A stretch of DNA of 64,000 bases from an uncultured Verrucomicrobiae bacterium. GTDB lineage: Bacteria; Verrucomicrobiota; Verrucomicrobiia; Chthoniobacterales; JAFAMB01. Shown here piece after piece: positions 49,793-59,478 of the stretch. The DNA lies in NCBI GenBank assembly GCA_963762565.1, contig CAVXLD010000001.1, forward strand, positions 1,088,001 to 1,152,000, given 5' to 3'. The translations under genes were made by a program, and so were the position numbers. Positions within the stretch are counted from its first letter, which is position 1; every line of letters starts with the position of its first letter. The notes under the pieces were generated by a model. The model saw only the letters and a list, made by a program, of their open reading frames with translations. It was not told where the DNA came from and searched no databases.

Positions 49793-51405
49793 GGGGCTGT
49801 TGCCCAATAGCGCCTAATTAGTATGAGGATTTTGGGTTAGTAATTGGAAGGTTTGGCGAAGGGTTAGCTTGGCAAGAAGGAGGTTGAAATCGGGTGAAGG
49901 AGCCGGGTGAGCCAGCGGAGCAACTGAGTAAGGCGATAGGCTAGCGCAGGGTTGGTTTGGGAGAGATGCCTGAGGAGTTTTCTCAGGTTCTGTACCGTAG
50001 CAATGAGTAAGTCTTGGATAGCTTGCTTCCAAAGTCCACGCCAACGAGAACGCTTGAGCCCATGACGATTGGCGGCGTCGGCAAAGCTCCTTTCCATGAG
50101 ATGTTGGCGGCGTTTAAGGTCGGCTTTAGCAGCCTTGGAGTTAGCAATTTTGCGAGCCTTTTCTAACCAGGCTTGATCCCGATGGCGGTGAATGGTGCGT
50201 CCGGTGCGGGAACGAGTGCACAAGGCGCGCAGCTTGCACACTAAACAGGTCCCCTTGGCGGTGACATATTCCCAGGTCAAGCGCTTGGGGTGTAAGCGCC
50301 TGGCTTTCATGATCTGCTTGGCGGGACAGAGATAGGTATTAGTCTGTGCATCGTATCTAAAATGCTCGTCGGAATAAATGCCCTCGCTTCGTCCCTTACC
50401 TCGGATCGACTCCCCCAGCAGCTTCACATGGGCTTTAATCCCCGCTTTTTGACAGCTAATCAGGTTGCTGACGCTGCCGTAACGCGCATCAGCAATCACA
50501 GTTCGCACTGCTTGATCGGTAGTATCTTCATGAGCTTCAATGAGCCTCAACAGTTGCGAGGCTTCGTCGACCGCACCGGTGGTGGTCTCTACGGCGGTGA
50601 TGATCTCATGGGCATCGTCGACTACTCGATGAGTCTTATAGCGTAAGCGGCTCTTTAGGCCGGCGTGTCGAACTAGAGTCGCATCCGGGTCGGTCGTACT
50701 GCGGAACTGGCGATTGGTTTTGGAGTATTGGCCAATGGCAGAACCGCCGCTGCCGCTGTCCCCTGATGGCGGATCTTGGTCTTGGTCGGGTTCATCGAGC
50801 TTTTGCACTTGCTCTTTGGCAGTTTGCTCGATGGCATTGAGCGTCTCCGCAGACAGGGGCTTAACTGAACCCAGATTGGCATCGGCCTCCACTAGGCTCG
50901 CATCCACGTGGATCTTACGGCCTTCTACCAGACCAGCCTCCACGCACTGCTGCACTACCCGGCTAAATAGCGAGACAAACACTTCTTTACCCCAGCGCTT
51001 GCGCGCCTTGCTCAACACACTGTGGTCGGGAATCTGATCGTCTAGCCCATAGCCAAGAAACCAAAGGTAATCCAGCCGTTCAGGGATGATGCGCATCAGC
51101 TCCCGCTCGCTCTTGATATCATCCAAGAATAACAACAACATCATCCGGACAATCACTTCGGGCGGAACCGACTTGTTGCCTCTTCGCCCATAAGTGTGCG
51201 CTACCTCCTTACGCACAAAACTCAAATCTAACGCCGCCCTGATCCGCCGCAGTGGATGATCGTCCCGCACCCGCTTATCTAAATTGACCCGATAGCTCCA
51301 GATCGGAACCTGCGAGTCTTCTTCGTCCATCATGGGAACAATACACTATCAAATCTGTAACCAGCAAAGCAATACTATAATGGTTATTAATTGGGCAACA
51401 CGCCC
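49793..51405 (-). mobile_element. IS1182-family insertion sequence, copy 2 (inverted)
   Basis: Same length, ends and translations as copy 1; flanks TATA and TTGA do not match each other. Confidence 0.92.
49864..51333 (-). CDS. IS1182-family DDE transposase
   Basis: Protein identical to 24353-25822. Confidence 0.92.
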   Translation of the reverse strand: MMDEEDSQVPIWSYRVNLDKRVRDDHPLRRIRAALDLSFVRKEVAHTYGRRGNKSVPPEVIVRMMLLLFLDDIKSERELMRIIPERLDYLWFLGYGLDDQIPDHSVLSKARKRWGKEVFVSLFSRVVQQCVEAGLVEGRKIHVDASLVEADANLGSVKPLSAETLNAIEQTAKEQVQKLDEPDQDQDPPSGDSGSGGSAIGQYSKTNRQFRSTTDPDATLVRHAGLKSRLRYKTHRVVDDAHEIITAVETTTGAVDEASQLLRLIEAHEDTTDQAVRTVIADARYGSVSNLISCQKAGIKAHVKLLGESIRGKGRSEGIYSDEHFRYDAQTNTYLCPAKQIMKARRLHPKRLTWEYVTAKGTCLVCKLRALCTRSRTGRTIHRHRDQAWLEKARKIANSKAAKADLKRRQHLMERSFADAANRHGLKRSRWRGLWKQAIQDLLIATVQNLRKLLRHLSQTNPALAYRLTQLLRWLTRLLHPISTSFLPS

Positions 51406-51461
51406 TTGAGAAAGCATCCGCAAGCCCGCGGACCTAATCTGCCGCCCCAGATACGGGGGCG

Positions 51462-52265
51462 TTAAGTCGTGGGCATCGTGCCACCGTCGACAATGTAATC
51501 AGCCCCGCTGATAAACGCGCCTCGATCTGAGGCGAGGAAGGCTACCAGTTCCGCCACTTCCTCGGGTCGACCGGGACGGCCGACGGGAATGCCCCCAAGC
51601 ATCTCCACAATCCGTTGACGTGCAGCGTCCTTACTGATGCCACTGCATTTGGAAATGTCTTCGATCATCCCCTGCGCGCCGGAGGTCTCGATGAAACCGG
51701 GCGAAATCATCGTTACGCGCACTCCTTTCGGAGCAACACCCTTTGCGAGCCCCTTGCTGTAAGTAGTAAGGGCTCCCTTGGCGGCAGCGTAGGCGAGAGT
51801 CGAATTGGAGAACGGTAGACGATGAGCGACGGAAGAGATATGAATGACGACTCCGGACTGGCGTTCGATCATGCCGGGAAGGAAAGCACGGTCCAGGCGA
51901 ACGGCGGCGAGCAGGTTGACCTCCAGTATTCGTTGCCAGTCCTCGTCGGAGAGCACCTCGCATCCGCCTGGTCTTGTTTCTGTTCCACCGACATTGTTCA
52001 CCAATACGTCTAGCCCACCCCACTCTTGCTGAATGCGATCGACGACGTTTTGGACACCGCGGGCCGTTCCGAGATCCGCCTGTATAAACAGAGCAGGAGC
52101 CACGCCTGGAGCCGGCGCAGAGCGCGCGGTGGTGGCGACCGAGGCACCGCTCAATTCAAAACGACGTACGATCGCTTCTCCTACACCCTTCGTGCCACCG
52201 GTCACGAGAACACGCTTGCCTTTGAACTCATCGCCAAAAACGACAAAAGGATAGCGGTTGATCAT
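51462..52265 (-). CDS. SDR-family oxidoreductase
   Basis: VTGGTKGVG, NNVG, YAAAK, SPGFIET, VDGG. Confidence 0.95.
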   Translation of the reverse strand: MINRYPFVVFGDEFKGKRVLVTGGTKGVGEAIVRRFELSGASVATTARSAPAPGVAPALFIQADLGTARGVQNVVDRIQQEWGGLDVLVNNVGGTETRPGGCEVLSDEDWQRILEVNLLAAVRLDRAFLPGMIERQSGVVIHISSVAHRLPFSNSTLAYAAAKGALTTYSKGLAKGVAPKGVRVTMISPGFIETSGAQGMIEDISKCSGISKDAARQRIVEMLGGIPVGRPGRPEEVAELVAFLASDRGAFISGADYIVDGGTMPTT

Positions 52266-52320
52266 ATTCTCCCCAGGAAATTGTGATTCGACAAATGTTT
52301 GAGCCTAGTGGTCGGGTCGG

Positions 52321-53199
52321 TTAGCTGCTGAGTTTTAGATCGGGGCGTTCGACCAGCCGCCGCAGCATTGGCCCGAGGTCTGGCGCCTTATAGAACGGAT
52401 GGCCGCGCAAGATTTCCGCACATTTTCCGTCCAGGATGTTGATGACCTCATGCGCCTTCGGTGCGGCTTCCCGCACCTCGCAGACTCGTTCGCGAACGAA
52501 CAAGAGGTTCTGGGGATCGACGTGGCCTGCTTGTATGAAGCCACGGGTCTTCTTGGCACACCGGCAGGGGTTCGCGTGGTTTACCAGTCCGCACTTGTCG
52601 TTCATGAAGTTGCGCAGGTCTCGACGCGCACGGGCCAGACGTTGGCGAAAGTTGTCGGGAGTGATCTCCAAGAGCTCAGCGGCAACGGTGTCGCTTACAC
52701 CGAAGATGGCACCGAGGATAAAGGTCAAGCGTTGCTCGCGGTCAAGGCAAAGAAGCATTCCGGAAGTACAGGAGATCATTGCCTCGGTCACCGACAGGTC
52801 CGTGTCCGGCGATGCGCTTTTTGGATCGGCCAGCTCTAGGTCTGGCGTGTTGTCGAGCGCCGCGCCGTAAAAGGCGAAATCCAATGACGCATGCTCGACG
52901 CGCCCGCGTTTCATATTGAGCACATGATTGAATACGATGCGGTAGAGCCAGGTGCGGAAGCTGCCGCGGCCCTCAAAGGATGCCAGCCGGGTGAGTACTT
53001 TGATGAGGATCTCTTGCGTGGCGTCCTCCGCATCCTGCGGATGGTGGAGCATGCGGACGGCGATGTTGTAAATCCAAGCTTGATGCCGGTGGACCAGATC
53101 TTCTAGCGCCTGGCGATCTCCCGAGCGGGCGCGCAGCACAAGGCTTTGATCCTCGTGGTCGGGGGAGTTGTCGGCTAGCGGGTTACTGATGACGCTCAT
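52321..53199 (-). CDS. ECF sigma factor with Cys-containing C-terminal extension
   Basis: DAEDATQEI, FRTWLYRI, FRQRLARAR, then KCGLVNHANPCRC; GGAGGAG RBS. Confidence 0.88.
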   Translation of the reverse strand: MSVISNPLADNSPDHEDQSLVLRARSGDRQALEDLVHRHQAWIYNIAVRMLHHPQDAEDATQEILIKVLTRLASFEGRGSFRTWLYRIVFNHVLNMKRGRVEHASLDFAFYGAALDNTPDLELADPKSASPDTDLSVTEAMISCTSGMLLCLDREQRLTFILGAIFGVSDTVAAELLEITPDNFRQRLARARRDLRNFMNDKCGLVNHANPCRCAKKTRGFIQAGHVDPQNLLFVRERVCEVREAAPKAHEVINILDGKCAEILRGHPFYKAPDLGPMLRRLVERPDLKLSS

Positions 53200-53323
53200 A
53201 TTTGTGTCTCCTCCTATATAGTGAGACACGCGCCGCGGCACACTGTGACAGAACTATACCGCCGAATCTGCTCACCGCCGGCGCACTGGCGAGTGGAGGC
53301 ATCCCATTCCGCTTGGCTATCGG

Positions 53324-53860
53324 CTATTGGCTATCGGTCATGCGCGTAGCGCCCGGGACTAGCGCAGTTCCATGCCCTTTTTCACGGGCCAAATACTCCT
53401 CAACACGCAATAGATTTCCTTCGCCTGCGCGCTGAACCACTCGTAGCAACTGATCCATAGAAGAGACTTCCTCGAGTTGTTCCTTTACGAACCATTGCAA
53501 AAAATTGTCAGTCGTATAATCGGATTCGGCCTTTGCCGTTGAGATAAGTGTATTGACCTGGGTAGTAACGCGTTCTTCCTGTTCGAGTGAAAGTTTTACC
53601 GCCTCCTCTGCGGCAGCAAAATTTGCCTGCGGAGCAGGTACACCCGGGATCTCCACCCGAGCACCGGCGTCGAGCAGAAACTGAATGAACCGGAGGGCAT
53701 GTTGTTTTTCTTCCTCTGCCTGTTTCCGGAAATGAGCGGCTAGTTCGGGTAAAGCTTCAGCGCCGAAATGCGCCGCAATCGCGTAATATTGCAACATGGC
53801 GCTGAATTCGTTACCGATCTGTTGGTTGATCAGGGGAACAATCTTTGGATGGGCGACCAT
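53324..53860 (-). CDS. ftn: non-heme ferritin
   Basis: QIGNE...Y, EEKQHA, EQE, FLQWFVKEQLEE ferroxidase residues. Confidence 0.93.
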   Translation of the reverse strand: MVAHPKIVPLINQQIGNEFSAMLQYYAIAAHFGAEALPELAAHFRKQAEEEKQHALRFIQFLLDAGARVEIPGVPAPQANFAAAEEAVKLSLEQEERVTTQVNTLISTAKAESDYTTDNFLQWFVKEQLEEVSSMDQLLRVVQRAGEGNLLRVEEYLAREKGHGTALVPGATRMTDSQ

Positions 53861-53970
53861 GCGAAAAACCTCTTCCCACCGAGCGCGATTGCAATTGATT
53901 TTCTAGGTAGTGGCCGTCATGTCGACGTGCGGACCGACCCCTTTGGCTATCGGTCATGCACGTAGCGCTT

Positions 53971-54058
53971 GGTTTCCTGAACCTTAAATGTGGGTTCGAT
54001 TCCCGCCGAGGACATGTTCAACGCCGGGAACGCCGTGATCGCCGACAACGCCGGGAAC
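53971..54058 (+). repeat. degenerate direct repeat of the tRNA-Arg 3' half plus 44 nt downstream (att-like)
   Basis: 81 of 88 nt identical to 20335-20422 by manual count. Confidence 0.9.
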
Positions 54059-54263
54059 GCCGGGAACGAAGCTCGCGCGTGTGGACTGTTTTTGAGAGCG
54101 ATCAAATTCGGAGTCATCTCATCACCCGCAGATTTGGATCGATCTTGCGGGCAACCTCAGCCTCGGGACTCTTTGGCTATTGGTCATCCGCGTAGCGTAG
54201 CCCAGCGTCAATACGCCGTTTTACGTATTGCGAGAAACAGCCGCATTCCGCTTTGTTTATACC

Positions 54264-54953
54264 ATGAAGGTCGCGCTGAAATTGCTCGAATTGTCCGTCC
54301 AGGAAGACGAGCAAAAACCGCAACCAGCCCCAGCAATAACCAAGGAACAATATGACTTCTTTAAAGCGGTGTACGATGAGCACAAGGACCGAGCGAAGGC
54401 CCTCGAGAGCCGCGCTCAACTCTACTTTACAATTCAGAGCCTCTACTTTGGCTTCGTTATTCTAAAGTTTAGCGACCTATTCGGGTCAGGGAAACCGGGC
54501 GTTTCAATACCTGCGTCTTACCAATGGTTTCAAGTGATAGTAGCAACCTTCTTAGCTGTGGCTCTGCTTTTCACTCTTTGGGCCGTCCGCATGCGCGAGT
54601 ACGAGACTACGTGCGATCCAACTGAAGCAGCGGCAGCGCTAGATGATGACAAGTCGAACGAACTGTTTTTTGCTCTCAGAATAGGCGATTTTGCAGTAGC
54701 CGCGAATCGCAACCGGCAACAAAACTTGCATGCCGCAAAGTGCCTGCAGGCGGCCTGTTGGTTTATGGTCGCGGCAGTTGCGACTCATCTACTGTTCTTT
54801 CTGTCTACCGCGGCCCTTTCGAATGGATTCGCAGTGACCAGTTTAACCAGTAAATTACCGTGGTTGCCAACCACCTTGCTTGTCATTCTCTTGGGCGTTG
54901 TCTGGCCCTTTTTGGCGTGGAACGAATCTAAAAGAAAAACTAAAAAATCATGA
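54264..54953 (+). CDS. hypothetical membrane protein (about four TM)
   Basis: Helix-TM-TM-helix-TM-TM pattern; followed by an overlapping 53-aa charged ORF at 54950-55111. Confidence 0.65.
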   Translation: MKVALKLLELSVQEDEQKPQPAPAITKEQYDFFKAVYDEHKDRAKALESRAQLYFTIQSLYFGFVILKFSDLFGSGKPGVSIPASYQWFQVIVATFLAVALLFTLWAVRMREYETTCDPTEAAAALDDDKSNELFFALRIGDFAVAANRNRQQNLHAAKCLQAACWFMVAAVATHLLFFLSTAALSNGFAVTSLTSKLPWLPTTLLVILLGVVWPFLAWNESKRKTKKS

Positions 54954-55135
54954 GCGACCAAGACGATAAATCCTCAAAACCGGAAGCAGAGTCAAAATCC
55001 AGCGATTCCGGACGATCCACTATGAAAGAAATACTCCGTGATCGAGAACAGCAAAAACATAAAGTCATGGAAGTGACGCAGCCAAAGGAAGATGAGCATC
55101 CCGATCTGTGAAAGTCACCATAACTGACAGTGACC

Positions 55136-56254
55136 TTATTCGTATTCACCCAAGTAATGCCGAAGAATCTCGTGCCACTCCGGTTCAGCGAGCCGCGCGA
55201 GCAAGCATCGGTTGATATATTCGCGTAACGGGCTCCCTTCCTTAACCCCAAAGCCATAGAGTTCTTCGTCCAAATGAATCGGCAGGACGATGAGTACGTT
55301 CTGATACTCCGTATGGATGCGATAATAAAGAATCGGGCCATCGTTGATGACCGCATCGATTTTGCCGCTCTTAAGCGCCGGCAAGAGCTGTCCAGCGGGC
55401 ATCGTCTTGAACTTGAGATGATTCATTGCAGCGTACTGCGCAGCAGTCGTGTCCGGCGCCGTTCCGATGCTCAAGTCGCGTAGATCTTCCGGACTCTGGA
55501 TCGCTTTCGGGCCGCCCAATTTCTCGGCCGTCAGCAAAGAAGCCATCGTTGCCGTGAATATGGAGATCATTACTAAACTAATGAACATCCACCCTATCGC
55601 TACGATCCGCCCGATCAATGTCCTCGGGTAAAGATCGCCGTATCCGACCCCTGTCATAGTCACGGCCGACCACCACACGGCCGAACCGATTCCCGGGAAT
55701 CGTTTACCATGCCCTCCAAAGTGAGCGGCGTTCTTACGTCGCTCGCAAAGCCAAATTAACACGGCGGCCGCGAGCAGGATGCCCAGAATGAAAAGGACGA
55801 TTTTTAACACGTGCCCTGAGAGCAATGCTCTTAGCAAAGGGATAACTAAATTCGAATTAGGAGCGGAATCCTTTGCCCGCATCGCGACTCGCAATCCGGA
55901 AGTGAAAAAACGGTGAGTAAAATCAATTTGCTCTTCGCGCTCCGCTGTCACGGTAATCGGGTCTATACAAACGTCGATCCAACCATTCATTAAGGCATTG
56001 AACCGGTCCGCGACCGGGATCTCCTTGAACTCAAAATCGACTTTGAGATCGGAGGCAATCTCTCGCCAAAGATCAACGCTGATGCCGGTCCACGACCCAT
56101 CCGCTTGCCGCATATCGAAGGGCGCCGCGGTATACACCCCAACCGTTAGTCTATGCCAAACGGGCGACGGGTTTCCACTTGGCGACGCTGATTCTGCATG
56201 GACACCGAATAGAAGAAGGCAACAAAATAGAAAGATTAGAACCGCGCTTTTCAT
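55136..56254 (-). CDS. GluR0-like ligand-gated K+ channel (split periplasmic binding domain plus 2TM/P-loop)
   Basis: AAPF...GISVDLW, ITVTAERE...DFT, WWSAVTMTGVGYGD, AVIND.P. Confidence 0.9.
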   Translation of the reverse strand: MKSAVLIFLFCCLLLFGVHAESASPSGNPSPVWHRLTVGVYTAAPFDMRQADGSWTGISVDLWREIASDLKVDFEFKEIPVADRFNALMNGWIDVCIDPITVTAEREEQIDFTHRFFTSGLRVAMRAKDSAPNSNLVIPLLRALLSGHVLKIVLFILGILLAAAVLIWLCERRKNAAHFGGHGKRFPGIGSAVWWSAVTMTGVGYGDLYPRTLIGRIVAIGWMFISLVMISIFTATMASLLTAEKLGGPKAIQSPEDLRDLSIGTAPDTTAAQYAAMNHLKFKTMPAGQLLPALKSGKIDAVINDGPILYYRIHTEYQNVLIVLPIHLDEELYGFGVKEGSPLREYINRCLLARLAEPEWHEILRHYLGEYE

Positions 56255-56385
56255 AGACCGGGGAGACGGCTTCTGTAACATTCTCTCATAATCTGTTTTA
56301 GCGAGGCCGTATTGCGGACAGGTCAATGATCATGGCTAACCGTAAAGGAAATCTATGGAGTGACCCTACCGGAGGCGACGAAGTG

Positions 56386-56940
56386 ATGGAATGGATTGCA
56401 AGAGCTCTGCAGACTCCCAATGCCAGGATAACTGGTGTCGTCTATTTGCTTTATTTTCTCACCGCAATTTCCGGTTCCCTGTTCGCTGGTTGGCCGCGGC
56501 TGAGTCTCACCGTCAACCTGATCTCAACCGCGCTCTATGTCGCATTGACTCTGCTCCTCTACCATCTGTTCAAGCCGGTGAACAAGAGCCTTTCCTTGCT
56601 GGCGGCCTTCTTTAGTCTCGCCGGATGCGCCATTACCGCTCTTGCCTTCGTTGATCGCGCTCCCTCCAACATCAGCCCGCTGGCATTCTTCGGGCCTTTT
56701 TGCCTCCTGGTCGGCTACCTCATTTTCAGATCGACATTCCTGCCGCGAATTCTGGGCGTGTTGATGGCGTTAGCCGGTTTGGGTTGGCTGGCCTTTCTTA
56801 CCGCGCTCGCAAATTACCTGGCTCTCTACTTGAAAGTTCTCGGCTTCGTGGCGGAATTATCGCTGATGTTTTGGCTCATCACAAAAGGCGTAAACGTTCA
56901 GCGATGGAAGGAGCAGGCCGACGCGGCCAACCGTGCGTGA
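56386..56940 (+). CDS. DUF4386-like membrane protein
   Basis: ARITGVVYL, LYHLFKPVN, IFRSTFLPRILG, EL...FWLI.KG. Confidence 0.8.
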   Translation: MEWIARALQTPNARITGVVYLLYFLTAISGSLFAGWPRLSLTVNLISTALYVALTLLLYHLFKPVNKSLSLLAAFFSLAGCAITALAFVDRAPSNISPLAFFGPFCLLVGYLIFRSTFLPRILGVLMALAGLGWLAFLTALANYLALYLKVLGFVAELSLMFWLITKGVNVQRWKEQADAANRA

Positions 56941-57515
56941 AAGCCGTCGTCTATCGCCGCAGCGGTTCGAGCGCGTGACCATCACGAAGCGATTAAATAC
57001 CACGTTGCCGGCCGTTAATATCTACTCTACAGAAGCGTCACCGCCTACCAAATCAGGAGGGCGCCCTTCTACCAGGTGGCAGTGTTCCTGGAGCCACAAT
57101 CGCACAAGAGGCGCGATCGCTGGCACGGAGCTAGTGAGATGATTCATCGAATTAAGCCACGTCGCTTTTTCCGGGTCGGTGCATGCCCAGCCGTCATGGC
57201 TAAACGTCACAATCGAACCGTCCGTATGCCTCCATATAAACAGAAAGTTCTTGGGTCCCATTTCTACGGTCGGAGTATCGATTTAGATGATTACTATCGC
57301 CGAATAATCTCGGAAGATTTCACTAACAGGGCGCCCCCGCCAATATGTATTGCAAAGTGCTGTGAGAGCTTTCGCGTATGGCAAAAGGTGAACCGAAAGT
57401 TGATTGGGACACCCACCGGCTACGAATATCGTGAGTACAAGAACTGGCGCCAGATTCCTAAGCCGACGCCCGTCGGGTTTGCAGTTTGCTGTTAGCGGTT
57501 CACCGTAAGAGGTTT

Positions 57516-58469
57516 ATGCGCGATCGACCGATCCACCGCCTTGTTTCGCTATGTATTCCGCTGCTTTGCTGGCTATGCCTTGCTCTAACCAGCCCTTTTA
57601 TCCCTCATGCGAACGCTCAGAATTGCGGCGAAAAGGGTATCGCGGTTCAGGTGCTCGGATCCGGCGGACCTGAGTTGCAAGATAAGCGGGCTTCCAGCAG
57701 TTATCTGGTCTGGCAGGATGGGCAGGCCCGGGTTTTAATCGATGCTGGTGGCGGTAGCGCTCTGCGGTTCGGTGAAAGCGGCGCGAAAATGTCGCAACTG
57801 GATGCGATGTTGTTTACGCACCTACATGTTGACCATAGCGCCGATTTTCCTTCGCTAATGTTTTCGTCCTGGTTTGAAGAACGTAACCGGCCTTTGCCCA
57901 TATATGGTCCGGACGGAAACAATTATTTTCCGTCCATGGTCGATTTCGTGCGTGCGTTCTTTAACAGTCGGAACGGTATTTACCGTTATCTGAGTGTGCT
58001 TTTGGTTGCACAAGAGAACGGCGGTTACGAGTTGCAACCCCACAATGTTGCCGGCGATCCATCGGCGGTTGCCTTTCGAGGCGAACATTTTTCTGCCTAT
58101 GCCGCACGGGTCATCCATGGCGGGGTGCCGGCTTTAGCGTGGCGTATCGAAATCGGCGGTAAAACCGTTGTTTTTAGCGGTGACACTAACGGCGAGGGCG
58201 ACGATCTGGTTCTTCTAGCTAAAGACGCTGATTTGTTCGTAGCCCATAATGCGGTTCCTGAAGGAGCTACCGGAGTTGAACGGCGTTTGCATATGCCACC
58301 TTCTGTGATCGGGCAGATCGCTCAGCAGGCGCACGTCAAAAAGCTCGTGTTGTCTCACCGAATGCTGCGCACATTGGGCAAGGAAACAGAGACCTTATCC
58401 GAAATCAAAAAGAGTTACCCTGGTCCAGTTACCTTTGCGAATGATCTGGATTGCTTCCCCCTCGAATAG
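57516..58469 (+). CDS. secreted MBL-fold metallohydrolase (RNase Z/arylsulfatase-like)
   Basis: VLGSGGP, IDAG, THLHVDH, FSGDT, LVLSH. Confidence 0.9.
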   Translation: MRDRPIHRLVSLCIPLLCWLCLALTSPFIPHANAQNCGEKGIAVQVLGSGGPELQDKRASSSYLVWQDGQARVLIDAGGGSALRFGESGAKMSQLDAMLFTHLHVDHSADFPSLMFSSWFEERNRPLPIYGPDGNNYFPSMVDFVRAFFNSRNGIYRYLSVLLVAQENGGYELQPHNVAGDPSAVAFRGEHFSAYAARVIHGGVPALAWRIEIGGKTVVFSGDTNGEGDDLVLLAKDADLFVAHNAVPEGATGVERRLHMPPSVIGQIAQQAHVKKLVLSHRMLRTLGKETETLSEIKKSYPGPVTFANDLDCFPLE

Positions 58470-58904
58470 TTGCCGGAGCTGTAGCGCCATTCCGGCGGCC
58501 CGGTGATATCGAACTTTACCCGCCGAAGAATAAAAAGCGGACCATTGCCGTCACTCCGGTCACTTCAATTGGTAGCACACACAGCGCCACTTCTGCGACC
58601 GCGACCCAAAACATAATACGCCAAAACATCGTTTCAGGGCTTCCCAATACAACAATATCCTGGAGCGTACAATCAGAAATGATGTGGTAGCGAATTTTTC
58701 TGCTTCCTGAAGCGCTTTTGGGACTGTCAGGTAGGGACGGTCAACCGTCCGGTCCCAGCGCAAAGAGGCATCCTCCATCACCAGCTGTAAGCCTGCCTCG
58801 AGAGACTACGGACCCGCCCCACACCCCCTCTTTCTGAAAGCACCTCGGCTAGGTTCCGCAAAATAGCTGACCTGTCCCTTTCTTCTCTGCTACACTACCA
58901 CTGC

Positions 58905-59441
58905 ATGAAAGCTCATCCCCTGCGGCGCGTGGCTCTTCTGCTAGCGCTGTTCCTTGCCTCATGTGCGTTCGCCGGTTTCAACGCCGTCCCGCGTCAGGTG
59001 GCATTCAACGAAGCCGACTTCGCTACCTATGGCGGACAAGGGACGGCTTCCGTGACCGGTCAATTGATCTGCTCGTACGAGGGGAAAAATCATCCAGGAC
59101 AAGGAACCCCAGTCACGCTGCTGCCAGTGACGGCTTACACCAAGGAGATGATCGACCGGGAACTGGGCGACGGGGTGACACTGATGCCGTCCGATTCGCG
59201 CCTGAAAAAATACATCCGCATCACCAATGCGGATCACCAAGGCAACTTCGCTTTCCGCCACGTTCCCGCTGGGGAGTATTTCGTCGCCGGCGAAGCGGGG
59301 TGGGACAAGGCCGACTACGAACTGCACCAGTGGGCCTGTGAGCGAGTGACCGTTCACAACCGCCAGATGGTCAACATTCGGGTGACGCACAATCCACAGC
59401 ACGGGAATAGCCCGATCAACAATATCTGGACGGTCCAGTAG
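58905..59441 (+). CDS. secreted/lipoprotein with prealbumin-like beta-sandwich
   Basis: Signal with LASC; ADHQGNFAFRHVPAGEYFV. Confidence 0.7.
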   Translation: MKAHPLRRVALLLALFLASCAFAGFNAVPRQVAFNEADFATYGGQGTASVTGQLICSYEGKNHPGQGTPVTLLPVTAYTKEMIDRELGDGVTLMPSDSRLKKYIRITNADHQGNFAFRHVPAGEYFVAGEAGWDKADYELHQWACERVTVHNRQMVNIRVTHNPQHGNSPINNIWTVQ

Positions 59442-59478
59442 CGCGGCCGGCGGGGTCACCTGGGACAAAAACCCACCG

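Noticed and set aside
53971..54014. Second tRNA-Arg gene
   Set aside because: Lacks the 5' acceptor strand and D-arm, and has substitutions in the anticodon loop and acceptor stem
57022..57495. Overlapping short ORFs between the DUF4386 and MBL genes
   Set aside because: No recognisable motifs or clear RBS; cannot tell which, if either, is real
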